Source: Octopus sinensis (taxonomy: Eukaryota). Taken from it: DNA of 64,000 nt. A program made the translations under genes and the position numbers. Position 1 is the stretch's first letter, and each line of letters opens with the position of its first letter. Under the pieces are notes generated by a model, which saw only the letters and a list, made by a program, of their open reading frames with translations, was not told the DNA's origin and made no database searches. This document shows positions 25,720-39,592 of the stretch, piece by piece. The stretch lies in the NCBI RefSeq assembly GCF_006345805.1, contig NC_043010.1, forward strand, positions 930,001 to 994,000, in the 5' to 3' direction.

Positions 25720-26532
25720 CTATGTTTGACTTTTGCTTTATATTTGTACAAGTTGGCTCCAAGTCTCACCCAGAGACTTCAAGAGACAACAGGTTGGAAG
25801 TTCACGTTGTTGTTATGCCTAGTGTGCCATATATTTGGTTGTTTTTTGTGTTGTACTGGTGGATGTCTAAAAAAAAAAAAAATAATGTTTGTTTTAAACC
25901 TTGAGATTACATAGAAAGTATTTTGCGTAGGATATGAGTAGTTCCCATGAGCACTATCTTTTGAATTTCTGCCATTTTGGGGTTTCCTGGTATCTGAGTT
26001 AGGTAGCTATCAGCCCCTTTTGCTATCATTCCCAGGGCACCTATGACAACAGGTATTGTTTTAGTCTTCAGGTTCCACATTTTGCTGATTTCTATTTCAA
26101 GATCTTTATATTTGCTCAGTTTTTGGTAGGTCTTGACAGATACATTTATATCGATTGGGACAGTCATATCAATGAGGAGGCATGTTCTTTGTTTGAAGTC
26201 TTTCAATATGATGTCTGGCCTATTTGCATCTATCTTTCTGTCAGTTTGAATGGTGAAGTTCCAGAGGAGTGAGATGTGGTCATTTTCAAGCACTGGGGGT
26301 GGTTTGTGTTCCCACCAGTTTTTTTCATGGGGCAAATCCAGGTTTTTGCAGATTACCCAGTGAATATATTGTGCAGCTCTATCGTGCCTGTTGAGATACT
26401 CTGTAGGCGCTAGAAGACTGCACTTGGAGACCACATGATCAATGGTTTCACTTTGTTGCTGGCATACATGATACATTGGACTGCTGCTGATCTTTAATAT
26501 GTTGGCCTGGTGTTTCAGTAGTGACTTGTTTT
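25720..26532 (-). mobile_element. 5'-truncated R4/Dong-clade LINE: zinc knuckle, restriction-like endonuclease and 3' UTR, ending in (AAT)n
   Basis: ORF 25907-26635(-): (Y)HVCQQQSETIDHVVSKC, RHD, RPDIIL, LIDMTVP, KLSKY, IPVVIGALG, IQKIVLMGTTHILRKIL; the first ~35 aa of the called ORF are unrelated flank. Confidence 0.9.
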
Positions 26533-27724
26533 TCTTAAGTTTATGTTGAACCACCCTAAATACTGTGTCCTTCCCTGAGTAATAGGTCATTCGAGGAAAT
26601 TTAGCTGCTATTTTTAGCAGGTCAAGAAACCACATAGAAACATCCTCACTATCTTATAATCATCAATGTTGTTGTTACTGTTGTTGTTAAACTCCAGAAC
26701 AGTGCTGATTGAGCAGAACGTCAATCAAAGCCTTTCTAACCATGACCACCCTCTCTTATGTCCAAATCTGACGACCGTCCATTTAGTAGTCACCATGATG
26801 CCGAATTTGTTGTAAGTTCCATGTTTTTACTTCTTCCTCTACTATACAAATTCATCATTTATTAGATATTTCAGTGTCACAGAGGATTGAGTCTTAGGAA
26901 GAATCACATGCACCATGTTCCTGTCAATAATGTCAGCTAATTGCTCTCCAGAATATGAAGACACCGCAGATGAAATCTCTTAAATACCACTTTCCCCCAA
27001 CCATACACACACGAGTTTAACTAACTCTATGTGAACACTATCAATTATTCATGTATAATTCCATAAAGCAATAGAATTAATTTCTTCAGTATTCTTAATA
27101 CTTTCTAAATTGCGAATGATATCCACGGGGTATCAGTTGAATAATGAGAGTTACCACAGCATTAAGCAGATGGATGATAAATTTGGTTTCCTCTACGATG
27201 CCAACATGCTGAGTCCTGATAAGTTTATCTGGTAACTGCAATTACAAATTCATACCTAAAGCTTGTATGCAGTCTACTAGCTATTAACAATGGTACTACT
27301 CTTAGGTGAAAAATAATAAAGAATTACATGATTAGTATCAAGAATCTGTAACAATGGCTCATGAGGAACAAGTGACTCTTGAAGCTACTATGTGTGGTTC
27401 TCAAGATAATGCTAAGTTTCAATGCTATTTTTTCTAAAACTGAATGTCAGAGATAAGGGGGTGAACAAAACTTAGAAATTTATACTTAGAAATATACACT
27501 CAGAAATATATACTTGGAAATATATACACATCCCCATCATTGTTTGTACATCCAAAGACAGAGTTTATTAAGGTAAACTTTCTGCACCTGGATTCTCTTC
27601 CTGTCACCAACCTTTACCTGTTTCCATGCAAGATAGTATTTCCCAATGGCTAGGTGTGTTTTTGCAGAATATTGAAAATGAATAACATTTGTTTACAACA
27701 ATCACATGATGTGAAGACAAGGAG

Positions 27725-27925
27725 ACATTATCATCATTTAATGTCCGTTTTCCATGCTGGCATGGGTTGGACAGTTTGACAGGAGCTGGCAAGTCCAGGG
27801 GCTGTAGCAGGCTCCATTGTCTGTTTTGGCATGGTTTCTACTTTTGATGGGTGCCCTTTCTAATGCCAACTGCTTTACAGAGTGTACTGGGTGCTTTTTA
27901 GTACAAGCACCAGTGCTTTTTACAT
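27725..27925 (-). mobile_element. Family C retroposon fragment
   Basis: CATCATTTAATGTCCGTTTTCCATGCTGGCATGGGTTGGAC... Confidence 0.75.
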
Positions 27926-28965
27926 GGTACCATTACTAATAGAGTCAGTAGATACCTTGCAAGACAAAAATCCCTCAGCTGGGAGGTGGCAATAGTATTG
28001 AGAAGAGGGTGACTTTATGCTCTTTGAGAGATTAAAGTTATAAAGGGACAGAGATATTGCAACAGAGTAGATACATAGATACCCCAGTCGCAAAAGAAAG
28101 GAGGGTGAGATAGAAAATATGATAAAGAGAGCAATTGAAAGAGAGATGATGGTGAAGACAGATGATTGGTGAAGACAGAAGACAAGGAAGATAACAGGAA
28201 ATGGAGGCAATCTGGTGTGTGTGGGGGGGGGGAGAGAAAGGAAACTGAGTAAGTCAGAGGATGTAGTATGTTCCTATTCTACTATTCTGGTTTTAGGTGA
28301 AAGAGAAGTGCTGGGTGTTAGGGGACCAAATGTAGGGAGAAATAGCTGATGGGGTAGAGAGGATGGAAGTTGGGGTGGGGCAGAGCATTACCCAGGTGGT
28401 TTTAAGATACCAATTCTGCTGTAGCGTATGGATCCTCTTGACTACAGCAAGCCACCAAATATTTTGGTCCTTCATCATCTCCTTTGCAAGGCTCAGTGTT
28501 TTGAGATTGGCTTTTGATACCTCATCTCATGTCTTCCTGCATCTGCCTCTTCAACACACAGCAGGCATCTTTCAGTTTCCATCTACTAAATCCATTCACA
28601 AGGTTTTGGTTGGCCTGGGGCTATAGTGGAAAACACATGTTGAATGTGCCACATAAGGGGACTGAACCAAGAACCATGTGGTCAGGAAGCCAGTCTCAAT
28701 TAAATTCTTGACAAAACTATAAATGCTGCAGCTCTTGGGTGCCAGACTTAGCGCAGGAGAACACAACGATATATACTCAGTATCTTAACAGAAATTTACA
28801 AAACCAAAATAATTCTAAGAATACTCAAAATAAAAAAGAAAAATTATTACAAAAAATACAGTAAAAATAAATGAAATATGGAAAGATCATTTACTACTAC
28901 AACTACAAAAAATAAATGGATTCAAAACAAAACTATTCACTCAAGGAACGAATGACCCTCAACAG

Positions 28966-29201
28966 CAATGATTCTTAACCATATTTTGCCTGTGGACCCG
29001 TTTGATTCCCATTTTACTTTACTGGACCCCCATAGCCATTCGGTATTTAAAAAAATCCAATTATATTTTTATAATTAAATATTTTAAGGAATTGTACAAA
29101 AGAATTGTTAAAATATTTTGTGTGTTATAAAAGTGTATCCAATTTATTGTATGTAAATTTTAACCGTAAAATCTTATGTAGACCCCAGTTGAGAACCACT
29201 G
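28966..29201. mobile_element. hAT-like MITE
   Basis: CAATGATTCTTAACC ... GTTGAGAACCACTG; homologous to 8152-8803 without the SINE. Confidence 0.65.
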
Positions 29202-29247
29202 GTTTCTATGGTCACTACATTCAACCTGCTAGAAATACCAATCAAAT

Positions 29248-29637
29248 ACTCTTTTACTCTTTTACTTGTTTCAGTCATTTGACTGTGGCCATCCTGGAGC
29301 ACCGCCTTTAGTTGAGCAAATCGCCCCAAGGACTTATTCTTTGTAAGCCTAGTACTTATCCTATTGGTTTTTTTTCCCGAACCGCTAAGTTACAGGGACG
29401 TAAACGCACCAGCATCGGTTGTCAAGTGATGTTGGCGGGGACAAACACAGACACACAAACGTATACACACACACATATATATATATATATACATATATAT
29501 ATGACGGGCTTTTTTCAGTTTCCGTCTACCAAATCCACTTACAAGGCTTTCGTTGGCCTGAGGCTATAGTCAAAGACACTTGCCCAAAATGCCATGCAGT
29601 GGGACTGAACCCAGAACCATGTGGTTGGTAAGCAAGC
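29248..29637 (-). mobile_element. SINE family A
   Basis: Near full-length reverse copy. Confidence 0.9.
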
Positions 29638-29714
29638 TGGAAGCAAAAGACACTGCTTAGATGATGGTGGAACTTGTTTACAACTCACAAAGTCAAGACA
29701 AAAGGACTAAGACC

Positions 29715-30242
29715 CATGAAGCCAAATGAAACCATAGTTGTCGCCAATGCTGGTGTCACATAACTGGCACCTGTGCTGGTGACATGTAAAAAGCACCCTT
29801 AAAATGTTTGGCCTTATGGAGGCAATGACAAGTGACGGAGACCTTGCTTGAAAAGACTTGTGAAACCAAGTGAAATCATAGTTATAGCTGATGCCAGTGT
29901 CACATAACTGGCACCCATGCTGGTGGCATGTAAGGAGCCACTTTCAAATGTTGAGCTGCACAGAGGTAATGACAAGTGACCGATACCTTTGGTGGTACGA
30001 AGCGCTTGGAAAGACCCATTCAGACAAGCAAAATCATAGTCATGGCTGATGCTGGTATCATGTAAATGGCACCCATTACACTCTTGGAATGGTTGGTGTT
30101 AGGAAGGTCATCCAACCATAGAAAACTATGCCAAATCAGACTGGATTCTGGTGCAGCCCTCCAATTTACCAGTTTCAGTCAAACCATCTAATCCATACTA
30201 GCATTGAAAGCAAACGCTAAATGATAATGATGATGATGATGA
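29715..30242 (+). mobile_element. Family C retroposon with internal tandem units of about 140-150 bp
   Basis: AAATCATAGT...GATGCTGGTGTCACATAACTGGCACC recurs three times; (GAT)n tail at 30222-30242. Confidence 0.7.
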
Positions 30243-30530
30243 CATTTGGAAGATATATATATATCTTCCAAATGCACTTGAAAGACCTTGATTGGTCCAG
30301 AACAATACAAAAAGACACTTGCCTAAGATGCCACATAGCGGGATTGAATTTGAAACTATGTGGTTGCAAAATGAGCTTCTTAACCACACAGCCATTCCAG
30401 CACCTACCTTCTTAACCACTCAGCCATTCCAGCACCTACCTTCTCAACCAAGGTGTCACATTGTGAAACTGAGCCCCAAATCACATGGCTGCAAAGCAAA
30501 ATTCTTAATTACACAACTGTACCAACATCC

Positions 30531-30926
30531 ACTCTTTACTCTTTTACTTGTTTCAGTCATGTGACTGTGGCCATGCTGGAGCACCACCTTTAGTCGAGCA
30601 AATCAACCCCAGGACTTATTCTTTTTAAGCCTAGTAATTATTCTATCAGTCTCTTTTGCTGAACCGCTAAGTTACGGGGACGCAAACACACCAGCATCGG
30701 TTGTCAAGCGATGTTGGTGGGGACAAACACAGACACACATACATATAGAAATACATATATATGATGGGCTTCTTTCAGTTTCTGTCTACCAAATCCACTC
30801 ACAAGGCTTTGTTCAGCCCAAGGTTATAAGTAGAAGACACTTGCCCAAGGTGCCATGCAGTGGGACTGAACCCGGAACAATGTGGTTCGTAAGCCAGCTA
30901 CTTACCACACAGCTACCCCTACGCCT
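30531..30926 (-). mobile_element. SINE family A, full length (further fragments at 30265-30520)
   Basis: Reverse copy with ACTCTTT tail. Confidence 0.9.
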
Positions 30927-30984
30927 ATTTTGTGTCTAATTTTTCATGTTGAAGAGCAGTAAAACATAATAACCCCTGCCTTCT

Positions 30985-31350
30985 ATACATAAATTATTCA
31001 ATGAAGAATTTTCGTATAAATATTTTCTACAGACATATATCTGTATATTGCTTATTATTGCTGTCTTGTTCAAATCGGCACACAGCACCATTTAAAGCAC
31101 CAACATTTATTGCTATTCTACATCACTTACAATAATAATTTTTCTTCCACTTTGTCCGAGCAGTTCTTCTTATAGACCACCAGTGGGAAAATACAAAAAC
31201 AAACAGTTATACATATGTAAATATAATCACTATCCATTTGTTCCTCTCTCTACAATTACACAATGTCTATTCCCAATACCATACCTTAAAGATTATCATA
31301 CACAATAACATAGGTTTATAGCTTTATCTTTTATTGTGTGCCAAATTCAT
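30985..31350 (-). pseudogene. Possible highly decayed PLE ORF remnant
   Basis: Minus-strand fragments HNKR, LCNCRERNK and NLCIE in the expected order. Confidence 0.4.
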
Positions 31351-31449
31351 CCAACCACATATTCATATTTCACACACACACACATATTGATATTTTGCTT
31401 AGGTATAGTGATATTAATAACATGGTGTTAGAAATCAATATAGATATGC

Positions 31450-31617
31450 TACAGAATGAAGTGCCAGTTGAGTACAGAGCTGCAGTAAGAAATTAGAATG
31501 ACAAAGGAATAAGCAATTATGTTATGAACTTTGTTAGCTTACAGCTGTTTCTCCTCTAAGATGCAATGCACTCATAGGTGAATGCTTGAGTATCAGCTGA
31601 TAGCTTCATCAGAGATT
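31450..31617 (-). mobile_element. PLE-like repeat with long-stem-II hammerhead motif (31535-31617)
   Basis: Minus strand: CT-CTGATGA-AGC...GA-GAAACAGCTGTA-AGCTAA; palindromic stem III ACAGCTGT. Confidence 0.6.
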
Positions 31618-31660
31618 CAAACATGTTACACACACACACACACATACACACACACACACA

Positions 31661-31699
<39 letters not shown>

Positions 31700-31889
31700 T
31701 TCAATATGGATCAAATAATTTACAAGTAAAATATTTGCGAAGATATCATTGACTCTATTATTATCTAGTGAAACAATGGGCTTCTTTCAGTTTCCATCTA
31801 CCAAATCCACTCACAAAGCTTTGGTTGGCCTGAGGCTATAGTAGAAGACACTTGCCCAAGGTGCCACGCAGTGGGACTGAACCCGGATA

Positions 31890-32580
31890 TACAGAAACCC
31901 AGGCAGAGGGAAATAAACAGATACGTAGATAGACAAACTTATGGCTGGTAGAGGAGGAAAAAGAGATAAAGATAGACAGGTGGATATAGAGAGAGACAGA
32001 CAGACAGACAGACACTCAAGTAGATAAACATATTTATGGAGAGAAAGCGAGAGAGACAGGTAGGCAGAGAGAAACAGATACAGACAATTAGAAAGATAGA
32101 CACTCAGATTAGCATACTGAGGGAGAGAGAATGAGAGAGACTCTGGTGGATAAGCGTATTGAGAGAGGGAGTCCAAGAAAAAGTGGTAGGCTGAGAGAGA
32201 CAGATAGAGACAAATAGAGAGACAAACACTCTGGTCAACAAGCGTATTGAGAGAGGGAGACAGAGAGAGAGAGACAGGTAGGATGAGAGAGACAAATAGA
32301 GAGACAGACACTCAGGCAGATATGCATATTGAGAGAGGGAGACCAAGAGAAAGCGGTAGGCTGAGAGAGGTGGAGGGAAAGAGGGAGGGTATAAATAGAC
32401 ATACAGAGAGGTAAATGAAAGGGAGAGAGAGAGAGAGGAAGAAAGTCTGATGGATAGGTTGAGAGAGAAAGAGAGGTGAGGAGGGAGAGAGAGCCAGGCA
32501 GACAGGTAAAGAGTAGGCAGAGACAGATAGAGAGAGAGGGAGGGAGAGAAAAGAGAGACAGATAAATGAAAGAAGAGCAA
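31890..32580. repeat. Purine-rich complex minisatellite (GA/GACA-based)
   Basis: Recurring ACACTC...ATAAGCGTATTGAGAGAGGGA and GGTAGGC(T)GAGAGAGA units. Confidence 0.8.
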
Positions 32581-33158
32581 ACACACGTGTGAGGAAGTAG
32601 GAGGGGTGGGGGGTGGGGAGGAGCAAGTTAATAGAAAATGTGACTAGTATTTCTCCATTGAAATTCCATTTACTTTCATTTTATTCCAATTTTGTTTTGA
32701 CTTTCCTGTTCATCTTCTTCTTCTTTCTAATTTGTATCTTGTTGGTAAGTCTTCAAGTCTTCAGCAAATTTTAAACAATTTTTTTTATTTTTGTATTTTG
32801 CATTCTTTTTTCCTTCTTTTTTTGTTGTTGTTGTTGTTGTAGCAGAGCACAGAGTGGGAGATATTTCACTGGTTCTCTCCATGACAGACTTTTCTGACTT
32901 CGACATTTTCAATATGGCATTTTTATTTTATTTCCTTATTTTTTTCCAATTTTTGTGTCATTTTCTTTTCTTTTTTTTTTACTTTTATTCCAAACCATTA
33001 TTATTACCATTATCATTATCATTATTATTATTATTATCCTTATTATTATTATTATTATTATTATTTTCATTTTTATGACATTCTTTCTTCTCTGCAGCAT
33101 TAGCCTAAGGGTATTTTCTCTTTGGTAAAATTTCTCTTTGTCCTCCTACCCCCCTCTC

Positions 33159-33201
<43 letters not shown>

Positions 33202-34158
33202 CCAACAGACATACAAAACTAACTACATGCTGTAACTAAAAACTCCCACATCTTACACTTTTACTAAAATATCTCTGCCCTGTCGACACCCACTTCGTTT
33301 CCACCATGACCACCACACATTAATTTTCTTTTTTTTTTCTGTTTTTTTTTTAAATAATTTTTTTCAAATTCATTCTGTTATTTATTTAGTATCTTCATTT
33401 AATATTTCTTGTTTGTTTTTGTATTGATTTTAATGATTTATTTATTCTTTTATTTTCATAGTTTATTTTCTTAGATTTGCTCTTCATTTCATTTTACTAT
33501 GGAATTCTGGGAAGAAGAAGAAGAAGAAGAAGAAGAAGAAGAAGAAAATAGATTTCTTTTATTATTAATTTTTTCAATTATTTTTTATTTTTTATTTATT
33601 GATATTTTCTTGGTGTTGGTGGTTTTGGTGACAGTGAAGGAGGTGATAGAAGTAGGAAGGAGGAGGAGGAACAAGAAATGACAGAAGAGGAGGATGAGGC
33701 ACTTTGAGAGAAACCTCTCACAGCTTCTGATCTGAATGGATTAAAGGGATGCAGAATTATTATTAACTCCTAATCTTATTTAAATCTGTCGCATTTTCTT
33801 GTGTTCACCTTTGATCAAAGAACCAGTAGCAATTTGGAGTCATTTTATTTTTTGTTCCATGTTAGCGCCATGTTGTTTCAATCAGTTGCTCCAAGGTAGA
33901 AAGGATCGGTAGCCATGTTTGAAATTTTGCTCACAGGCAATTCTTGCCCACTAATTCCACTCTGGAAGAACATCAAGACACACACACACAACAGAGAGAG
34001 AGAGAGAACATGCACCTGTGTGTATGAGTATGGATATATATGTAAACATACATATAGCTAAACAAGTACGTAAGTTGGTAGTTACATAAATAGATGTATA
34101 TACACAAAGATGCATATATATATATATATATGTGTATGTAGATATGTATGTGTGTGTG

Positions 34159-34202
<44 letters not shown>

Positions 34203-34569
34203 TGTGTGTGTATGTATATACACGCACATACTTACACACACGTATATATGAATATATGTACATGTACGTGTGTATATGTGTGTGTGTGTATATGTGTATG
34301 TATGAATGTTTGTAAGCATTTATGTAAGCAAATATCTGTGTATATGTAGGTAAGCATATATGCATGTAGGCATGTATACGCATGTATATGTGAGTATATG
34401 AATATGCGCATGTGTGTAGGAAGCCATGTATGATATATATATAAATATATCATACATATATGATATATATATATATATATATAAATATATCATACATATA
34501 TGATATATATATAAATATATCATACATATATGATATATATATGATATATATATGAGATATATACATATA

Positions 34570-34638
<69 letters not shown>

Positions 34639-35212
34639 AATGTGTCTGTATGTAAGTATATGTCATACTCCTGCAGGTAAGGAGCTGGTTCCAGACTTAC
34701 AGCATAAGAAAATAAAAAATAACAACAACAAAACCCTATTGCTGAAATTTAGTTAACAACAGTGAAGACTTACATATTAAATTTCAGAAAAGTCTTACAT
34801 ATTTTAACTGTTCTGCTTATTTACAAAATGTATGTTGGTCACTTTCTTCACGTGGAAACTTCAGCTTTTCCGGAGTAAAAGTAAATACTTTGTAACATAA
34901 CAAAATGTACATTTGGTTATTGGGTATGAACGGGCCATATTTGATGGCATATAAGGCATACTCTCATGTAAAATGTACCCCTATTTTATAAATATATTTT
35001 GTGAGAAAACAAATTTAGAATACTTCATCATACACTAATTGATTGATATTTTAAAGTGGTTTTCTGGGGATAAAATGTATAATCTTGTGTGAATAAATGC
35101 AATATTGTGACAGTATATTGGAATAAAGTATGAAACTATAAATTTATTGTCAATAAACTATGTTATGGGACTACTGCACCTCAGCTTTAACTTTTTCATG
35201 ATGATGATGATG

Positions 35213-35261
<49 letters not shown>

Positions 35262-35269
35262 CAATCATA

Positions 35270-35480
35270 ACTACTAAAGGCATGGGACCTGAAATTTGTG
35301 GGAGGGGACTACTTGATTACATTGACCACAGTGTTGCAATGGTACATAATTTATCAACATTGAAAGGATGAAAGGCAAAGTCAACCTTGGCAGAATTTGA
35401 ACTCAGAACACAGTGATGGGAAAAATACTGCTGAGAATTTCATCCAGTGTGCTAATGATTCTGCCATTTCACTGCCTTAA
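35270..35480 (-). mobile_element. Family B variant SINE in (AAT)n
   Basis: CTACTAAAGGCAT...GAAATTTGTGGG...GGATGAAAGGCAAAGTCAACC...GCCTTAATAA. Confidence 0.8.
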
Positions 35481-35505
35481 TAACAATAATAGTAGTAGTA
35501 GTATA

Positions 35506-36057
35506 CCATGATGCAGTACCAGGCAGTAGCTCTCATGGCTTCTGATCTTAACTGATTGGAAGTGTTATCATGTACTACATGTTTTGTCTTGGTATAAAAG
35601 ATGGGTTACTGCAAATATTCTGCTCAATACCACATATTTGCTTGTTGGTTGTTTGACCTGAACCAATTGAGCATGTCCCTTAGTGGCTGACGATATGTGC
35701 ATCTCTGATCACGAGAAGAAGTAGTGAGGGAGCATCATAGCCATGTGTTGAGAGGGATTCTTTGGGGGTTTGAAAAAATCTTGGAACACAGGTTTTTCAT
35801 TCAACATCCTTAAATAATCCTTATTTAGGGACCTTTTGAGCAGGATGGGCTGCTCATCCTGAAAAAATTCTTAACTGGGTTCCACCTGCAAGTTCATACT
35901 CTGTTTATCTTGATATGAGATCACAATGTCACGCACATATGGTTGTGATGCATGTGCCTGGTGTACCCTTATCAGAGGGTAGTCATAATGGGTATATTGG
36001 GTTTTGTTTATTTTACCCCAGTGTCACTTTGAGGGCATGTGCTGCTCTCTCACTCAG
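35506..36057 (+). mobile_element. Family D interspersed repeat, apparently full length (about 550 bp), in TAG/TAA repeats
   Basis: Second copy at 25331-25698(-); ends GCTCTCTCACTCA followed by (TAG)/(TAA)n. Confidence 0.8.
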
Positions 36058-36065
36058 TAGTAGTA

Positions 36066-36415
<350 letters not shown>

Positions 36416-37400
36416 AAGAAGAAGAATTATGATAATAATAATAATAATGAATATTCAATAATAATATCACAGGTATGACTGTCAAAGTAAAATAGTGCAT
36501 TGGATGGCAAGACAACTTCTAGTGAGCTGGTGCCCTGATAAAATGCACCCTGTACCCCCTGTAAAGTGGTTGTTGTTAAGAAGGGTATCCAAGTATGGAA
36601 ACTATGTGAAAATGAAGATATTGGAGCAAGACTGGCCTGCAACCCATTTAATCCTGTGTAGCCATCTTGCCTAAGACAGATGGAAAGTAGACCTAATATG
36701 ATGGTGGTGATGATACAAGTACACATACATACAGACTATACACATACACAGACACATGCAACCACACACGATACAAACATATATACATACAAGCACTCAC
36801 ATACAGGGGCAACGTTATCTTAAGAGTGGTATATAGTACAGAAAAAACTCCAAGTCACTGAAGCCAAGATTGAACAGAAGCAAATTCTGTGATAAAATGA
36901 TGGTTGTAGCTGAAATTTTATCATGAAAAAAACTCTCACTAAGTGACAAATTCTCATAGCTGAACTGAAAAAGCTGAAGATAAAAAGCCACGAAAATACC
37001 AAAAAACAACAACAAAAATCCTAACAAAAAGGAACAAAAATATAAATGAAGAAAAAATCCGCTAAATACAAAGATATTTGAGTGTGTATGTACATGTGTG
37101 TGCATGTGGACACAGAAGCATACACATACACCCATATATATATACATATATAGACACACATGTATGTATATTATATTATACATGTGTATATCGTGTGTGA
37201 TATTGTAACATTCATTAGATGTATCTCAGATCATAGCTTGTGGGTTATTTATTTATTTTTTCTGCATCACTACACTCTCTGTCTCTCTCTCTTTCTCTCT
37301 CTTACCACTTTTTTTTATCCTCTTTTTGATGTATATGATGGTACAGAATGGCAAACAAATAGGTACGCAGTCTACATATAAGTAAATATATGTATACATG

Positions 37401-37436
<36 letters not shown>

Positions 37437-37478
37437 TATATATATATATATATATAGACATATATATGTATGTTTGTA

Positions 37479-37509
<31 letters not shown>

Positions 37510-38299
37510 GTATATATAGTTGCTGCACATACATGTACACACACACAAAACATATGCAGAGGCGACATAAAGGAAATTAAAAAAATCATTTGCAAAAAGA
37601 AAAAAAAGGCAAAAAGTAAATGGGAGAAAGCATAACCCATACTGGATTTATCTTCAGATCGACTTCATCTGTTTTTGGGTGTTAGCCAAAGTTGGTGGTG
37701 CCCAGCAGTGTAAATGGCTTGGCTGAAAAACTGCACCATCACTATCATCACTATCATCATTATCATCATCATCATCATCATCATCATTATTACCATTATC
37801 ACTATCAGCAGCATCATTGTCACTACCATCATCATCATCACTGTCACCAGCATCTTGATCATGATCATCATCATTGATGATCATGATCGACATCATAATA
37901 AGCACCATGAATCATCATCATCATCATCATTGTCACCAACATCAGCACCCCACCAATGATTACTATCACCACCACCACCACCACCACCACAACCACCATC
38001 ACCACCATCATCATCATCATTTACAGCAGCAACAGTAGCAGTAGTAGCAGATGACAAAAATGCAATAGAACTTATCATCAAAGACTTTTTGCTACTAAAA
38101 AACTTTGCAGATATTACACTCACTCCCAAAGAATGGTAGGTGGATCCTCCAGCATATTCTATGTTGAGTATTCAACTTATTCGATTAACTAAACTATCTG
38201 ACTCAATAAAGTATAACCTAAGTGGCTGAGAATTACATACACACACAAACATCTATCTTTAATGGGGGGAAAATCTGCAAGACAGAGTACGTGGCCTCA

Positions 38300-38671
38300 A
38301 TGCTCAACTGGTCGATAAAATATCGACCCCAAAAGAACAAAAGGCAACATCAACCCCACTAGAATTTGAACCCAGAATGTAAAGAAGCAGAAGAAATGGC
38401 ATTATGTATTTGGTCAGGTGTGCTAACAATTTTGCCACCTTGCTCTCTTAATAATATTAATAAAATACCTTTCTACTGTAGGCCAGAAATTCTAAGGAAG
38501 GGGATAGTCAATTACATTGACCCCAGTGTTTCACTGGTATTTAATTTATCGACCCTGAAAGGATGAAAGGCAAAAATGACCTTGGTGGTATTTGAACTCA
38601 GAATGTAAAGACGGATGAAATGCTGCCTAGCATTTTTCTCCACATGCTAATGATTCTGCCAGCTTGCCGCC

Positions 38672-38715
<44 letters not shown>

Positions 38716-38987
38716 TATAATCCTTCCTACTTAAAGCACAAGGCCTAAATCTTGGCGGGAGGGGACTAGTTGATTACTTCGACCCCAAAGTTTTACTGGT
38801 ACTTACTTTATTGATGCTGAAAGGATGAAAGGCAAAATTGACCTTGGCAGAATTTGAACCCAGAACATAAAGATGGATATAAAATGCCACTAAGCATTTT
38901 GCCTGGCATGCTAACGATTCTGCCAGCAGGCCACCATTAATAATAATAATAATGATAATAACAATAATAATAATAATAATAATAATA

Positions 38988-39026
<39 letters not shown>

Positions 39027-39085
39027 TAATAATAATAATCCTTTCTACTAAAGGCACAAGACTTGTGGGGAGGGGATTGACACCC
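38300..39085 (-). mobile_element. Tandem cluster of family B variant SINEs separated by (AAT)n (about 38300-38450, 38467-38673, 38720-38935, 39038-39085)
   Basis: Repeated CCTTTCTACT...GACCCC...GGATGAAAGGCAAA...CTGCCAGC units in the same orientation. Confidence 0.82.
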
Positions 39086-39561
39086 AAACTCTCTGAAATG
39101 TTCATATTGGAGCTTCTGGCATGAATGCCAAGCAGTACAGCATGTCGTTTCCAAATTTCTAGCAGAGTGAACTGAATCATGGTGATGTTTTTCTCACAGA
39201 TGGTGCCCAATGGACCCTACTATACTGTGTAGTCGAAAAAATCAAAGACAAACAATGTGCATGTGCAAAATTAAATATATGAAGCAACGACAATTTATCC
39301 ACCACACCCTGTACATACACATGCACACGCATACACATCTACATGATACATAACACACAGACACATATACATAGACACAAGATAAATAATATGCATGGCT
39401 TTTTATACACACATATATACTCATATATACACAAATGCATACACACTTATGCATGAATATAGATATCATTGCCATAATCTCCAACCACCAATATTTTCAA
39501 GATTTGTCCACTTAGTGTCTCTTTCTCTATTTTCCACCATTACTACAACCACCACCACCAC

Positions 39562-39592
<31 letters not shown>

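Noticed and set aside
26760-27000. Minus-strand FHLRCL fragment reminiscent of RTE-clade RT
   Set aside because: Too short and degraded to call without a profile search.
34670-34685. Strong splice-donor-like CAG|GTAAGG
   Set aside because: No upstream acceptor or coding frame; preceded by TA microsatellite.
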